From assembly GCA_965207065.1 (NCBI GenBank), contig OZ242260.1, forward strand, positions 704,001 through 768,000: DNA of 64,000 nt. Reading direction: 5' to 3'. This DNA is from a bacterium (GTDB lineage: Bacteria > UBA8248). The notes under the pieces are model-generated. The model was not told the origin of the DNA. It worked only from the letters and a program-made list of their open reading frames with translations, and did not search any database. Both the position numbers and the translations under genes were made by a program. Below are positions 1-8,214 of this stretch, in pieces (position 1 is the first letter of the stretch; each line of letters starts with the position of its first letter).

Positions 1-30
1 GACGATCGCCTGCTTCTTTGAGACGCGCAT
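1..30 (-). CDS. possible 5' end of a gene running off the left edge (MRVSKKQAIV...)
   Basis: ATG at 30-28 on the minus strand, with GAGAG just upstream. Only 10 codons are visible; they resemble an SDR-like N-terminus. Confidence 0.25.
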   Translation of the reverse strand, partial: MRVSKKQAIV

Positions 31-178
31 CTCTCGAATCCGCCAAGACGCCTGAAAATACAAGAATAATCAAAACGAAGCCGAACCTTCCGCGACTCGT
101 GATCCCGATTGAAGGCGGTGGATTCGCGGCGTAGAATGCCCGCGCATTTCCCATACAGGATCATTCAGGAGGCTTGCT

Positions 179-1279
179 TTGGCGCTTTTCGACAGGAACG
201 AACTCGGCGTCGCCGTCGTGGGCGCCGGACGCATCGGCACGCACCGCTCGCGCCTCGCGGCGCAACACCCGGCCGTTCGCTTTCTCGCCATCTCGGACGC
301 AGAGCCCGAACGCGCCGAGGCCTTGGGCTCCCGCGTGGGGGCGCAGGTGGTGTCGGGAAGCAACGAGGAGGTCATCTCCCACCCCGACGTCGGCGCCGTC
401 ATCGTTTCGACTTCGGAGTTCGCCCATGTGGAGCCGGTGCTTCAGGCTCTGGAACTCGGCAAGCCGGTTCTCGTGGAAAAGCCGATCGCCATGACGCTTG
501 AAGACGCCGACCGGCTGCTCACCACTGCGGAGAAATACGAGACAGACCTGCGGGTGGGCTACATCATGCGATACAAGCGGCGTTATTTCCTGGGGAAAGA
601 ACAGATACAGCAGGGCCGTCTGGGAAGGCTCATCGGCGCAACGGGCCGCGTATTCAACACCAGGGCGCAGGCGTTCGAGATATTGAAACGCTCGGCGGAC
701 GCCACGCCCGTTCTCGACGTGCTCACCTACTGGGTCGACATGATGTGCTGGTTTATGGAAGGAAACCCGCCGGTGGAGGTGATATGCCGGGGAGGAGGCT
801 TCGTCTTCAAGGAGGCGGGATATCCGAAGGTGGACGACGTGAGCTGGTCGATCATCACCTTCGCCGACGGCGCGACCGTGAACCTGGGCATCTGCTACGC
901 GCTGCCCGCGAAATACCCCACCGCGGGGCAGAGCATCCGCCTGGAAGTCATCGGCACGGACGGCGTGATGCTCTTCGATGAGGACCACAAGGAGAACATC
1001 CTCTACACCGAAAAGGGCTACCCGCACGCCTACGTTCCAGACCACAATCTGCCGATGGTCTTTCTCGGCAGCACGTCCTCAGGCGACTGGGCGCTCGACA
1101 CCATGTACGGCCCCATCGGCGATGAGACGAGGAACTGGCTGGACCACCTCTCCACGGGGCGGCCCTGCCATCTCGCCACGGCGGAAGACGCGCGTCAGAC
1201 CCTGGAGGTGACCATCGCCATGGAGGAATCGGCCCGCACCGGCGACGCCGTGAGACTCCCTTTGGGAGAGGGGCACTAG
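179..1279 (+). CDS. Gfo/Idh/MocA family oxidoreductase
   Basis: N-terminal VVGAGRIG Rossmann motif and VLVEKP motif; GGAGG RBS before the TTG start. Confidence 0.9.
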   Translation: MALFDRNELGVAVVGAGRIGTHRSRLAAQHPAVRFLAISDAEPERAEALGSRVGAQVVSGSNEEVISHPDVGAVIVSTSEFAHVEPVLQALELGKPVLVEKPIAMTLEDADRLLTTAEKYETDLRVGYIMRYKRRYFLGKEQIQQGRLGRLIGATGRVFNTRAQAFEILKRSADATPVLDVLTYWVDMMCWFMEGNPPVEVICRGGGFVFKEAGYPKVDDVSWSIITFADGATVNLGICYALPAKYPTAGQSIRLEVIGTDGVMLFDEDHKENILYTEKGYPHAYVPDHNLPMVFLGSTSSGDWALDTMYGPIGDETRNWLDHLSTGRPCHLATAEDARQTLEVTIAMEESARTGDAVRLPLGEGH

Positions 1280-1412
1280 GGCATAATGCTTTTTTGCTTG
1301 AATAAATGGCGCGCGCCGTGCCATACCAGTATGCAGGCGGTGAATCCGGCGCCGCGCGCGACACAAGATGAAGCGAAGGTGGGAAATACTTCCCCGGTGA
1401 ATGGTCTTTAGA

Positions 1413-2939
1413 ATGAACCAAGCAAATCCGTTTCACGCCAGAAAGAGCGGCATCCTGATGCATCCCACCTCATTGCCGAGCGAGACGGGCTTCGGCGATC
1501 TGGGCCCCAGGGCATTCGAGTTCGTCGACCAACTCGCAGCCTCCGGCCAGAGCTGGTGGCAGATGCTGCCCGTATGTCCGACCGACGAGACGGGTTCTCC
1601 TTACGTTTCCTCATCCACGTTCGCAGGAAATCCGCTCCTGATATCGCTCGATACGCTCGCCGAAGAAGGGCTGTTCTCCCCGAAAGCTCTGGTAAACCAC
1701 CGCCCGCCAGCTGGGGGGAAAATCGAACCGGTCCAAGCGCTCCAAGCCCAGGAATCGCTTCTCGCAGATGCGTTCGAGGCATTCTCGAACGGCGGCGGTG
1801 CAAACGAAGCGGCATACACGGAGTTCTGCGAGTCGCAAGCAGGATGGCTGGCCGATTACGCGAGGTTCCGTGCGCTCAAGCGTGCGTTCGGCGGCTCCGC
1901 CTGGTGGGAGTGGCCCGAGGATTCAGGGCACAAGGACCCCGACGATCCCGCCTTCGATAAAAACATCCGCTACACGCAATTCGAGCAGTTCATCTTCCAC
2001 CGCCAATGGCGCGCACTCAAGGAATACGCCGCAGGGAAAGGGGTCGGCCTGATCGGCGACATCCCCATCTACGTCGCCCATGATTCGGCCGACGTATGGG
2101 CGAAGACGCACCTGTTCGAACTCGATGAATCGCGCAGGCCGACCGCCTACGCCGGTGCGCCGCCCGATTACTTCAACCAGGACGGCCAGCATTGGGGGAA
2201 CCCCCTCTACGACTGGGCCGCGCACTTTGATGAGAATTTCGCCTGGTGGAAGATGCGCATGGCCGTGAACGTCACCCGGTTCAACGCGTTGCGCCTCGAT
2301 CATTTCATCGGCTTCGCGCGCTTCTGGGCGATTCCTGCGGATGCGGAATCACCCAAAGACGGCGCCTGGCGCGAAGGGCCGGGAGAGGCCATTTTCAGCG
2401 CACTGGAGGAAGAATTGGGCGCGTTGCCGCTCATCGCCGAAGATCTGGGTTCGGTGGGAGACGACGTGCACGCCCTGCGCGATCGTTTCGGTCTGCCGAG
2501 TATGCGCGTGTTGCAGTTCGCCTTCGACGGCAGCCCGGACAACCCGCATCTGCCCCACAACATTCCCGAGAACGCGGTGGTCTACACCGGCACGCACGAC
2601 AACGACACCGCCCAGGGCTGGTTCCACGGCGGGGACCCGATTCTGCGCAACGAAACGCCCGCAGGCTTCGCCATATCGCGCGCCTCGGCGCTCAGGACCT
2701 TCGGCGGCGAACCGGAGGACATCCACTGGTCGATGATCCGAGCGGCGATGAAATCACAGGCCGCGCTCGCCATCATCCCCGCCCAGGACGTCCTGGGCCT
2801 CGGCAACGAAGGCCGCATGAACCGCCCCGGCGTCCCGGAGGGCAACTGGGTCTGGCGGATGAGCGAAGGCGCATGGAACGGGGAAATTGAGGCGCGACTC
2901 TTAAGCATGACGCAGAAAAGCGGCCGGGCGCCCGAGTGA
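1413..2939 (+). CDS. malQ: 4-alpha-glucanotransferase (amylomaltase, GH77)
   Basis: SGILMHPTSLP, WQMLP, GDIPIYV, GQHWGNPLY, RLDHFIGF, IAEDLG, YTGTHDNDT and RMNRPG...NW motifs. Start may be 1401 or 1413. Confidence 0.95.
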   Translation: MNQANPFHARKSGILMHPTSLPSETGFGDLGPRAFEFVDQLAASGQSWWQMLPVCPTDETGSPYVSSSTFAGNPLLISLDTLAEEGLFSPKALVNHRPPAGGKIEPVQALQAQESLLADAFEAFSNGGGANEAAYTEFCESQAGWLADYARFRALKRAFGGSAWWEWPEDSGHKDPDDPAFDKNIRYTQFEQFIFHRQWRALKEYAAGKGVGLIGDIPIYVAHDSADVWAKTHLFELDESRRPTAYAGAPPDYFNQDGQHWGNPLYDWAAHFDENFAWWKMRMAVNVTRFNALRLDHFIGFARFWAIPADAESPKDGAWREGPGEAIFSALEEELGALPLIAEDLGSVGDDVHALRDRFGLPSMRVLQFAFDGSPDNPHLPHNIPENAVVYTGTHDNDTAQGWFHGGDPILRNETPAGFAISRASALRTFGGEPEDIHWSMIRAAMKSQAALAIIPAQDVLGLGNEGRMNRPGVPEGNWVWRMSEGAWNGEIEARLLSMTQKSGRAPE

Positions 2940-3133
2940 GGACCGTCACCCTCCATCAAAATTCCTTTTCAAGCACAACTTGGCACATACCTCTATTTTA
3001 TTCCATGTCGTAACGAATTCCGTTCAACATTCCCTAATGTCTTAATATATTCCACTTGACACAAGCGCGATCTTGTGGAATAACATCAATCGAATCGCGG
3101 ATGTTCCGTGAACCGTTAATTGGAGGTTGTGAC

Positions 3134-3847
3134 ATGGATAATGACACCCTGGTTCCCGTTTACCTTTCCCTTCGTACATTTCTTGGTGCGATCGCAAACT
3201 TGAGGGAAAATGGACTTCCGAGCAAAGTCGACAAGTCCGTGTTTGGTTCAAGGTCTGGTGCAGATCAATCTCAAATTATAAGTGCATTCAAGTTCCTTGG
3301 CCTTATTGATATGGAAAACAATACACAACAAATCCTCAGGGAATTGGTTAATTGCCAAGAAAAATCAATAGAAGAAAAAAGCATTTTAGGAAAAATTCTT
3401 GCTGACCGTTACTCAAAAGTTTTCGAGCTTAACCTGCAAACTGCCACTCCCATGCAAGTTTCAACAACAATCGGTGAATATGGCTCTAAAGGGACAACCA
3501 AGGATCGTGCCGTTCGATTTTTAATTAAAGTTTTAGAATATTGTGAGATAGACATATCTCCAAGACTGACCGAGGGAAACCGTACTAGGCGCCGCTCCTC
3601 CACCAACAATGCTAAAAATGGTGGCTCTAAATCTCCTAAACAGAAGAAGAAACAAGATGACAAGCTTACGGAATCTGCACCTAGTCGTCAGGCTATGAAA
3701 ACAATCAACTTGCCTGAAGCCAAAGGCGAATTGTCTGTCACTGGCACATTCAATCCATTTGAGTTGGTTGGAGGTGAACGTGAACTTGTGTTTGGAATTA
3801 TTGATTTGATGGAAGAATACGAGAAGAAAGCTAAATCGTCTTCGTAA
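3134..3847 (+). CDS. hypothetical protein (DUF5343-like) in an AT-rich islet
   Basis: GGAGG RBS at 3122-3126 before ATG 3134. N-terminal P-x-KVDKS...IISAFKFLGLID pattern and a basic low-complexity linker. Visibly more AT-rich than neighbouring genes. Confidence 0.6.
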   Translation: MDNDTLVPVYLSLRTFLGAIANLRENGLPSKVDKSVFGSRSGADQSQIISAFKFLGLIDMENNTQQILRELVNCQEKSIEEKSILGKILADRYSKVFELNLQTATPMQVSTTIGEYGSKGTTKDRAVRFLIKVLEYCEIDISPRLTEGNRTRRRSSTNNAKNGGSKSPKQKKKQDDKLTESAPSRQAMKTINLPEAKGELSVTGTFNPFELVGGERELVFGIIDLMEEYEKKAKSSS

Positions 3848-3878
3848 TTTAATAACATTGAAAGAAAGGAAAGCCGTT

Positions 3879-3968
3879 ATGAGAAGATTTCTAGCCTCTA
3901 TGTTTTATTGCTCACCGAGCATGGAGGCGATAACCATAAAAAAGGGCCACTCCCTGAAGCCCTCATAA
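3879..3968 (+). CDS. possible 29-aa small ORF (MRRFLASMFYCSPSMEAITIKKGHSLKPS)
   Basis: AAGGA upstream of ATG 3879; TAA at 3966-3968. Overlaps the candidate sRNA on the opposite strand. Confidence 0.25.
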   Translation: MRRFLASMFYCSPSMEAITIKKGHSLKPS

Positions 3969-3985
3969 GCACAGGGGAGTGGCCC
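3938..3985 (-). terminator. intrinsic terminator-like hairpin plus U-tract
   Basis: GGGCCACTCCC (3944-3954) pairs with GGGAGTGGCCC (3975-3985). The A6 run at 3938-3943 reads as U6 after the hairpin on the minus strand. Confidence 0.75.
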
Positions 3986-4024
3986 ATGGTGGGTCCCATT
4001 CTCAAGATTGCCTAAGCCAGACCC
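3938..4024 (-). ncRNA. candidate small RNA (~87 nt, two hairpins)
   Basis: Minus-strand promoter directly upstream, a 5' GGGUC...GACCC stem, then a terminator hairpin with U6. Confidence 0.5.
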
Positions 4025-4030
4025 AAAAAT

Positions 4031-4059
4031 ATTATCATGCTATCTTGCTTACAATGCAA
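4031..4059 (-). promoter_or_regulatory. sigma70-type promoter TTGCAT-N17-GATAAT
   Basis: Reverse complements of 4054-4059 and 4031-4036 with an exact 17-nt spacer. Overlapped by the inverted repeat TCTTGC-N7-GCAAGA (4043-4061). Confidence 0.55.
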
Positions 4060-4112
4060 GAGAACGATTTAGTCATCACCATTATTGCGGGGAGATAAAA
4101 TCCCATTCCCCC

Positions 4113-4640
4113 TCACCTCACGGGCGGAATCTCGAAGGCGTTCAGGGTCAGGGAGATGGCCGTATAAAAGCCCACGAGGGCGGTTAAGTCGACGACACCC
4201 TTCTCGCCCAGGAGAGTAAACGCCTCCTGATAGGCGGCGTCCGACGCCTTTTTGGTTTCGAGCAACTCGGTGCAATACCTGTAAACGCAAAGTTCAAGCT
4301 CCGTGCCCCCGGTGGGCGTTTCCTGCACCATCACCGCGGCGACGAGGGCGGGCGTCAGACCGCTGGCGAGCGCTTGCGCCTCGTGCGCGGAATAAGCGTA
4401 GGTCGCCCCCATGTGGCGCGTCGTGATGATGATGACGAGTTCGCGGATGTCTTCGGTGATGACGCTTTCCTCATAATAAAACTTCATGAGATTGCGCAGG
4501 GCGATGACAAGGCCGGGGCTTCTCAACCAGGCGCCGAAAGGCCCGCGCACGCCGCCGCGCTGGTTGGCGATGAGATCCTCATAGGCTTCTTTCTGACGGG
4601 GCGGCATAGATTCGGGTTCAAGCGGTGCGAGACGGCTCAT
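4113..4640 (-). CDS. carboxymuconolactone decarboxylase / AhpD-like family protein
   Basis: RGGVRGPFGAWLRSP, RELVII...Y...H and LGEKGVVDLTALVGFY patterns. Confidence 0.8.
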   Translation of the reverse strand: MSRLAPLEPESMPPRQKEAYEDLIANQRGGVRGPFGAWLRSPGLVIALRNLMKFYYEESVITEDIRELVIIITTRHMGATYAYSAHEAQALASGLTPALVAAVMVQETPTGGTELELCVYRYCTELLETKKASDAAYQEAFTLLGEKGVVDLTALVGFYTAISLTLNAFEIPPVR

Positions 4641-4728
4641 CGGCAGCTCTCCTTATGGCGTCGTTCGTTCATGAATTTTGCTACAATGGCGAAAATATCC
4701 GTTTCTCTTATTCTAAGCGAGGTATCTC

Positions 4729-5154
4729 ATGAACTTCGAAGATGCAAGACCGTTTATGGAGAAAAACCACAAGGGGGTGGTCACGAGCTTGAGGCCGGAC
4801 GGCACGGCGCAATCGAGCGTCATCGTTTGCGGAGCGTATGAGGACTGCGCGGCGTTCGTCATCGTGCGCGGCTGGTCGGTGAAGCTGGGGAACCTGCGCA
4901 AGAACCCCCAGTGCACGGTGCTCTACGTCACCCCCGACTGGCGCACCTGGGTGAGCGTGGAGGGGAAGGCCAGACTCTTCGACTACGAAAACACCGACAA
5001 AGAGGATATGCGCGTGATGTTCCGCGAGGTGTTTCGCGCCTGCGGGGACTCGGACCATCCCGACTGGGAGGAATACGACCAGGCGATGGTGGACCAGGGC
5101 GCAGTGGCCGTGCTGGTCACGCCCGAGCGCGTCTACGGGCGTCTACCGGCTTAA
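4729..5154 (+). CDS. PPOX-class (pyridoxamine 5'-phosphate oxidase-like, putatively F420-dependent) oxidoreductase
   Basis: VVTSLRPDGTAQSS, KLGNLRKNP, VSVEG and HPDWEEYDQAM motifs. Confidence 0.8.
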   Translation: MNFEDARPFMEKNHKGVVTSLRPDGTAQSSVIVCGAYEDCAAFVIVRGWSVKLGNLRKNPQCTVLYVTPDWRTWVSVEGKARLFDYENTDKEDMRVMFREVFRACGDSDHPDWEEYDQAMVDQGAVAVLVTPERVYGRLPA

Positions 5155-6080
5155 TCCTCGAGCGATTCGAGGAAGGCGGCGATGCCCTCATCGAGTGAGA
5201 AGCTGTGCCGCCAGCCGGTTTTCTGCGCAAACGCGCTTGCGTCGAGACCGATTCTGAACACCTCGCCCGCGCGCAAGGGCGCGCGCTCCACGCTCACGGG
5301 GGTTTCGCCCATCCGGCGGCAGAGGATATCCAGCAGCGTCTCCACTTCGGTGACGACGCCCGTACCGATGTTGTAGGCCCCGCCGTCCGCACCGCCTTTC
5401 GCCGCAGTGGTGAACGCATCGACCACGTCTTTCACATAGACGTAATCGCGCCCCGCGCGGCCGTGTCCATAGAGCGTGAGGGGCTCGGCATTCGTCAGTT
5501 TTTCCGCAAAAATCGATATCACGCCCGCATCGAGAGAGGGGCGCTGCCTTGGCCCGTACACGTTGGCGAGACGCAGCGATACGACGGGCAGCCCGAAATA
5601 CGCCCCGTAGAAGGCGAGATGCCGCTCGCCCGCCACCTTGCTCATGCCGTAATGGGAGGCGGGTGCAAGCGGGCAGTTCTCATCCACAATCTCCTCTTCG
5701 GGATCGCCGTAGCAGGCTCCGCCCGTTGCGGCGTAGATGACTCGGGGCATGGAACCCATGCTCCTGGCCGCTTCCAGGACGCTGAGCGTGCCCAGGACGT
5801 TCACGCGCGCATCCAGGAGGGGATCGGCCAGGCTGTGCGTCACGCTCGACTGGGCCGCCAGATGGTGGATGACGGCGGGAGAAGCCTCGTCCACCACGCG
5901 GCGCATGAACCCCGCATCGGCTATGTCGCCCTCGCAAAAAACCGCTCCGGTGGAAATGTCCTCCACCAGGCCAGAGGCGAGATTATCCACCACCCAGACG
6001 GAATCACCCGCTTCCAGGCAGGCTTCCACCACATGAGAGCCGATGAAACCGGCGCCTCCGGTCACCAACACGTTCGCCAT
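5151..6080 (-). CDS. NAD-dependent epimerase/dehydratase (UDP-glucose 4-epimerase-like)
   Basis: TGGAGFIGSH, HLAAQ, YGMSK (YxxxK) and NVYGPRQ motifs. Confidence 0.9.
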   Translation of the reverse strand: MANVLVTGGAGFIGSHVVEACLEAGDSVWVVDNLASGLVEDISTGAVFCEGDIADAGFMRRVVDEASPAVIHHLAAQSSVTHSLADPLLDARVNVLGTLSVLEAARSMGSMPRVIYAATGGACYGDPEEEIVDENCPLAPASHYGMSKVAGERHLAFYGAYFGLPVVSLRLANVYGPRQRPSLDAGVISIFAEKLTNAEPLTLYGHGRAGRDYVYVKDVVDAFTTAAKGGADGGAYNIGTGVVTEVETLLDILCRRMGETPVSVERAPLRAGEVFRIGLDASAFAQKTGWRHSFSLDEGIAAFLESLED

Positions 6081-6268
6081 ACGGAATCCTCAATTCATAT
6101 CAAAATGCAGCAATTGCGCGAAAATCCAACCATCACGGATTGCGGCTCGGATTTCAACCACGGGCCGTGTTTTGACAGAGTGTGGGAAAATTGCGATTCG
6201 GGGATTGCGATGCGATGCGCCTTTGGGAACCACTGCCTTTAAGGGGGTTGTTGAAAGACCTCTTTCCG

Positions 6269-6384
6269 CCTCATCCTGAGTAGCGGTGAAACCGCGTATC
6301 GAAGGATGCCCTCTCCCCCAGCGCGAGGCGTTCGACTCCCCTCGCCCTTCGATACGCCGCCTTCGGCGGCTACTCAAGGTGAGG
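6269..6384. repeat. inverted pair of REP-like palindromic units
   Basis: CCTCATCCTGAGTAGC...GCGTATCGAAGG (6269-6305) and its near reverse complement CCTTCGATACGC...GCTACTCAAGGTGAGG (6346-6384). Confidence 0.75.
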
Positions 6385-6420
6385 GAGGAGCGGCGTCGCG
6401 AGTCAAACGCGATTGATGAA

Positions 6421-6526
6421 GAGTTGTTGAAAAAGCCCTTGAGTAGGGAAAGGCAACCCCCTTGAAAGAGAAACCCCATAAGGGCAACCCCCCCTACTCT
6501 CTAAAAGGGGTCTTTTTCAACAACTC
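6421..6526. mobile_element. 106-bp MITE-like unit with perfect 15-bp terminal inverted repeats
   Basis: GAGTTGTTGAAAAAG (6421-6435) / CTTTTTCAACAACTC (6512-6526), plus an internal GAGTAGGG / CCCTACTC pair. Confidence 0.75.
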
Positions 6527-6677
6527 CTTGAGGGTCTGGCTTCCCGAGGGGAAAGCCAGACGATGAAGCCGAGCGGTTTGTGTGAAGGCTGAATCGATGG
6601 GGGGACATGCCATAGAAAAAAACTCCCCCCACCGACTCCCCCTCAAAGGGTTGTTGAAAAAGCTCCATGCGGCAGAG

Positions 6678-6715
6678 TTTGTCGTCATTCCGGCGCATAC
6701 CGGAATGACGACAAA
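6678..6715. repeat. perfect 16-bp stem hairpin (REP/RPE-like)
   Basis: TTTGTCGTCATTCCGG-cgcata-CCGGAATGACGACAAA. Confidence 0.8.
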
Positions 6716-6729
6716 AACCGCATTCACCC

Positions 6730-6855
6730 GTAGGGGCGGCCCCCCGTGGCCGCCCGTATCGGATATGTCCATCCACGTGGTTGCGCTTCGAAGGGACAGG
6801 CACAGAGGCATCGAACTGGTCACAGCCTCGGACAGGCACGGGGGCCTGTCCCTAC
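6730..6855. repeat. inverted pair of GTAG-family REP elements
   Basis: GTAGGGGCGGCCCCCCGTGGCCGCCC at 6730 and GGACAGGCACGGGGGCCTGTCCCTAC ending at 6855 (GTAG tetranucleotide plus GC hairpin on opposite strands). Confidence 0.75.
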
Positions 6856-7123
6856 AAACCATCTACTTGCAGGCTATCCATACGGGTTTTTCAACAGACC
6901 CCTTAAGGGGGGAGTTGATTATTCACACCTCTTTTCCGGCAATTATCATCATGGAAGGAAGTGAATTTAACCAAGCCTGAGAGAGGAACAATTCAGAACA
7001 ATTGAATGCTCGGCGAATTACGAGCACAAACCCCGAAATCGCCCCGTTCGCTTTGCCGGAACCAACTGCTCCTGATAGCCTTGGCGTCGCCGTCAACAAG
7101 TTCGTCGCAAGGAGAAATGCGTT

Positions 7124-8116
7124 TTGGCCAAGTATCTCGTAACAGGAGCCGCCGGCTTCATCGCCTCCAGGGTGTGTGAATTCCTGTTGGATGAGGGCCA
7201 CGCCGTCGTGGGGGTCGACGACATGAACGACGCATACGACACGCGGCTGAAGGACTACCGGCTCGCGCGTCTCAAGGCGCGGCCCGGCTTCGTTTTTCAT
7301 GAAGCCGACATCACCCGTCCCGACCCCTTGCGCGCGTTGTTCACGCAAAACGCCAAAGGAGACGCACCGCCTTTCGACGCCGCCCTGAACCTGGCCGCGC
7401 GCGCCGGCGTAAGGCAGTCCATCGAGAATCCCTGGGTGTATTTCGAGACCAACGTCACCGGCGCGCTGAACCTGCTGGAGCTCTGCAAGGAATTCGGCGT
7501 GATGAAGTTCGTGCTCGCCTCCACCTCGAGCGCCTATGGGGCGGATACGCCCGCACCTTTCCGGGAGGACGCCCCGAGCGACAGGCCGCTATCGCCCTAC
7601 GCGGCCTCCAAGAAAGCGGCCGAGACGCTCTGCCACACCTATCACCACCTGTTCGGGATCGACGTGAGCGTGCTGCGCTACTTCACCGTATACGGCCCGG
7701 CCGGGCGGCCCGACATGAGCCTTTTCCGCTTCACGCAGTGGATAGCCGAGGGAAAACCCGTCCTCGTCTATGGAGACGGAACGCAGGAGCGCGATTTCAC
7801 CTACGTGGACGACATCGCCCGGGGCACTATCGCGGCCATCAAGCCGGTCGCGTATGAAATCATCAATCTGGGGTCGGATGAGCCCGTCGTCCTGAACGAC
7901 GCGATCGCCCGCATCGAGGCCCTGGTGGAGAAAAAAGCCCTGATTCGCCACGAGGAGATGAACCCCGCGGACGTCAAGGCTACATGGGCGAACATCGAGA
8001 AGGCGGAGAGGCTCTTGGGCTGGCGGCCCCGGGTGGGGTTCTCGGACGGCCTCGCGCATCTGGTGGAGTGGTACGCAGCCAACCGCGAATGGACGAAGGA
8101 TATTCGTACCGGCTAG
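7124..8116 (+). CDS. NAD-dependent epimerase (UDP-glucuronate 4-epimerase-like)
   Basis: TGAAGFIA, LAARAGVR, ASTSSAYG, YAASKK, RYFTVYGPAGRPDM and RDFTYVDDI motifs; AAGGAG RBS before the TTG start. Confidence 0.9.
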   Translation: MAKYLVTGAAGFIASRVCEFLLDEGHAVVGVDDMNDAYDTRLKDYRLARLKARPGFVFHEADITRPDPLRALFTQNAKGDAPPFDAALNLAARAGVRQSIENPWVYFETNVTGALNLLELCKEFGVMKFVLASTSSAYGADTPAPFREDAPSDRPLSPYAASKKAAETLCHTYHHLFGIDVSVLRYFTVYGPAGRPDMSLFRFTQWIAEGKPVLVYGDGTQERDFTYVDDIARGTIAAIKPVAYEIINLGSDEPVVLNDAIARIEALVEKKALIRHEEMNPADVKATWANIEKAERLLGWRPRVGFSDGLAHLVEWYAANREWTKDIRTG

Positions 8117-8214
8117 CGAAGCCCCGGTGGCTACATTCCCCCGCGCGTTACCGCTCCGGGGCGTGATGCTCTACACTGAGGATAACTTTCACCCCACTAC
8201 CGGCAGGAGATGAC

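Larger units (their letters stand above)
6239..6906. mobile_element. non-autonomous MITE/REP composite bounded by imperfect terminal inverted repeats
   Basis: TTAAGGGGGTTGTTGAAA (6239-6256) versus TTTCAACAGACCCCTTAA (6889-6906). Further copies of GTTGTTGAAAAA inside; no credible ORF. Confidence 0.65.

Noticed and set aside
6239-6906. Possible CRISPR array (repeated GTTGTTGAAAAA)
   Set aside because: Copies are in both orientations, irregularly spaced and short, with no cas genes; they fit terminal inverted repeats better.
6090-6980. ORFs of 112-132 aa across the repeat cluster
   Set aside because: They are translations of palindromic repeats and show no transposase or other motifs.
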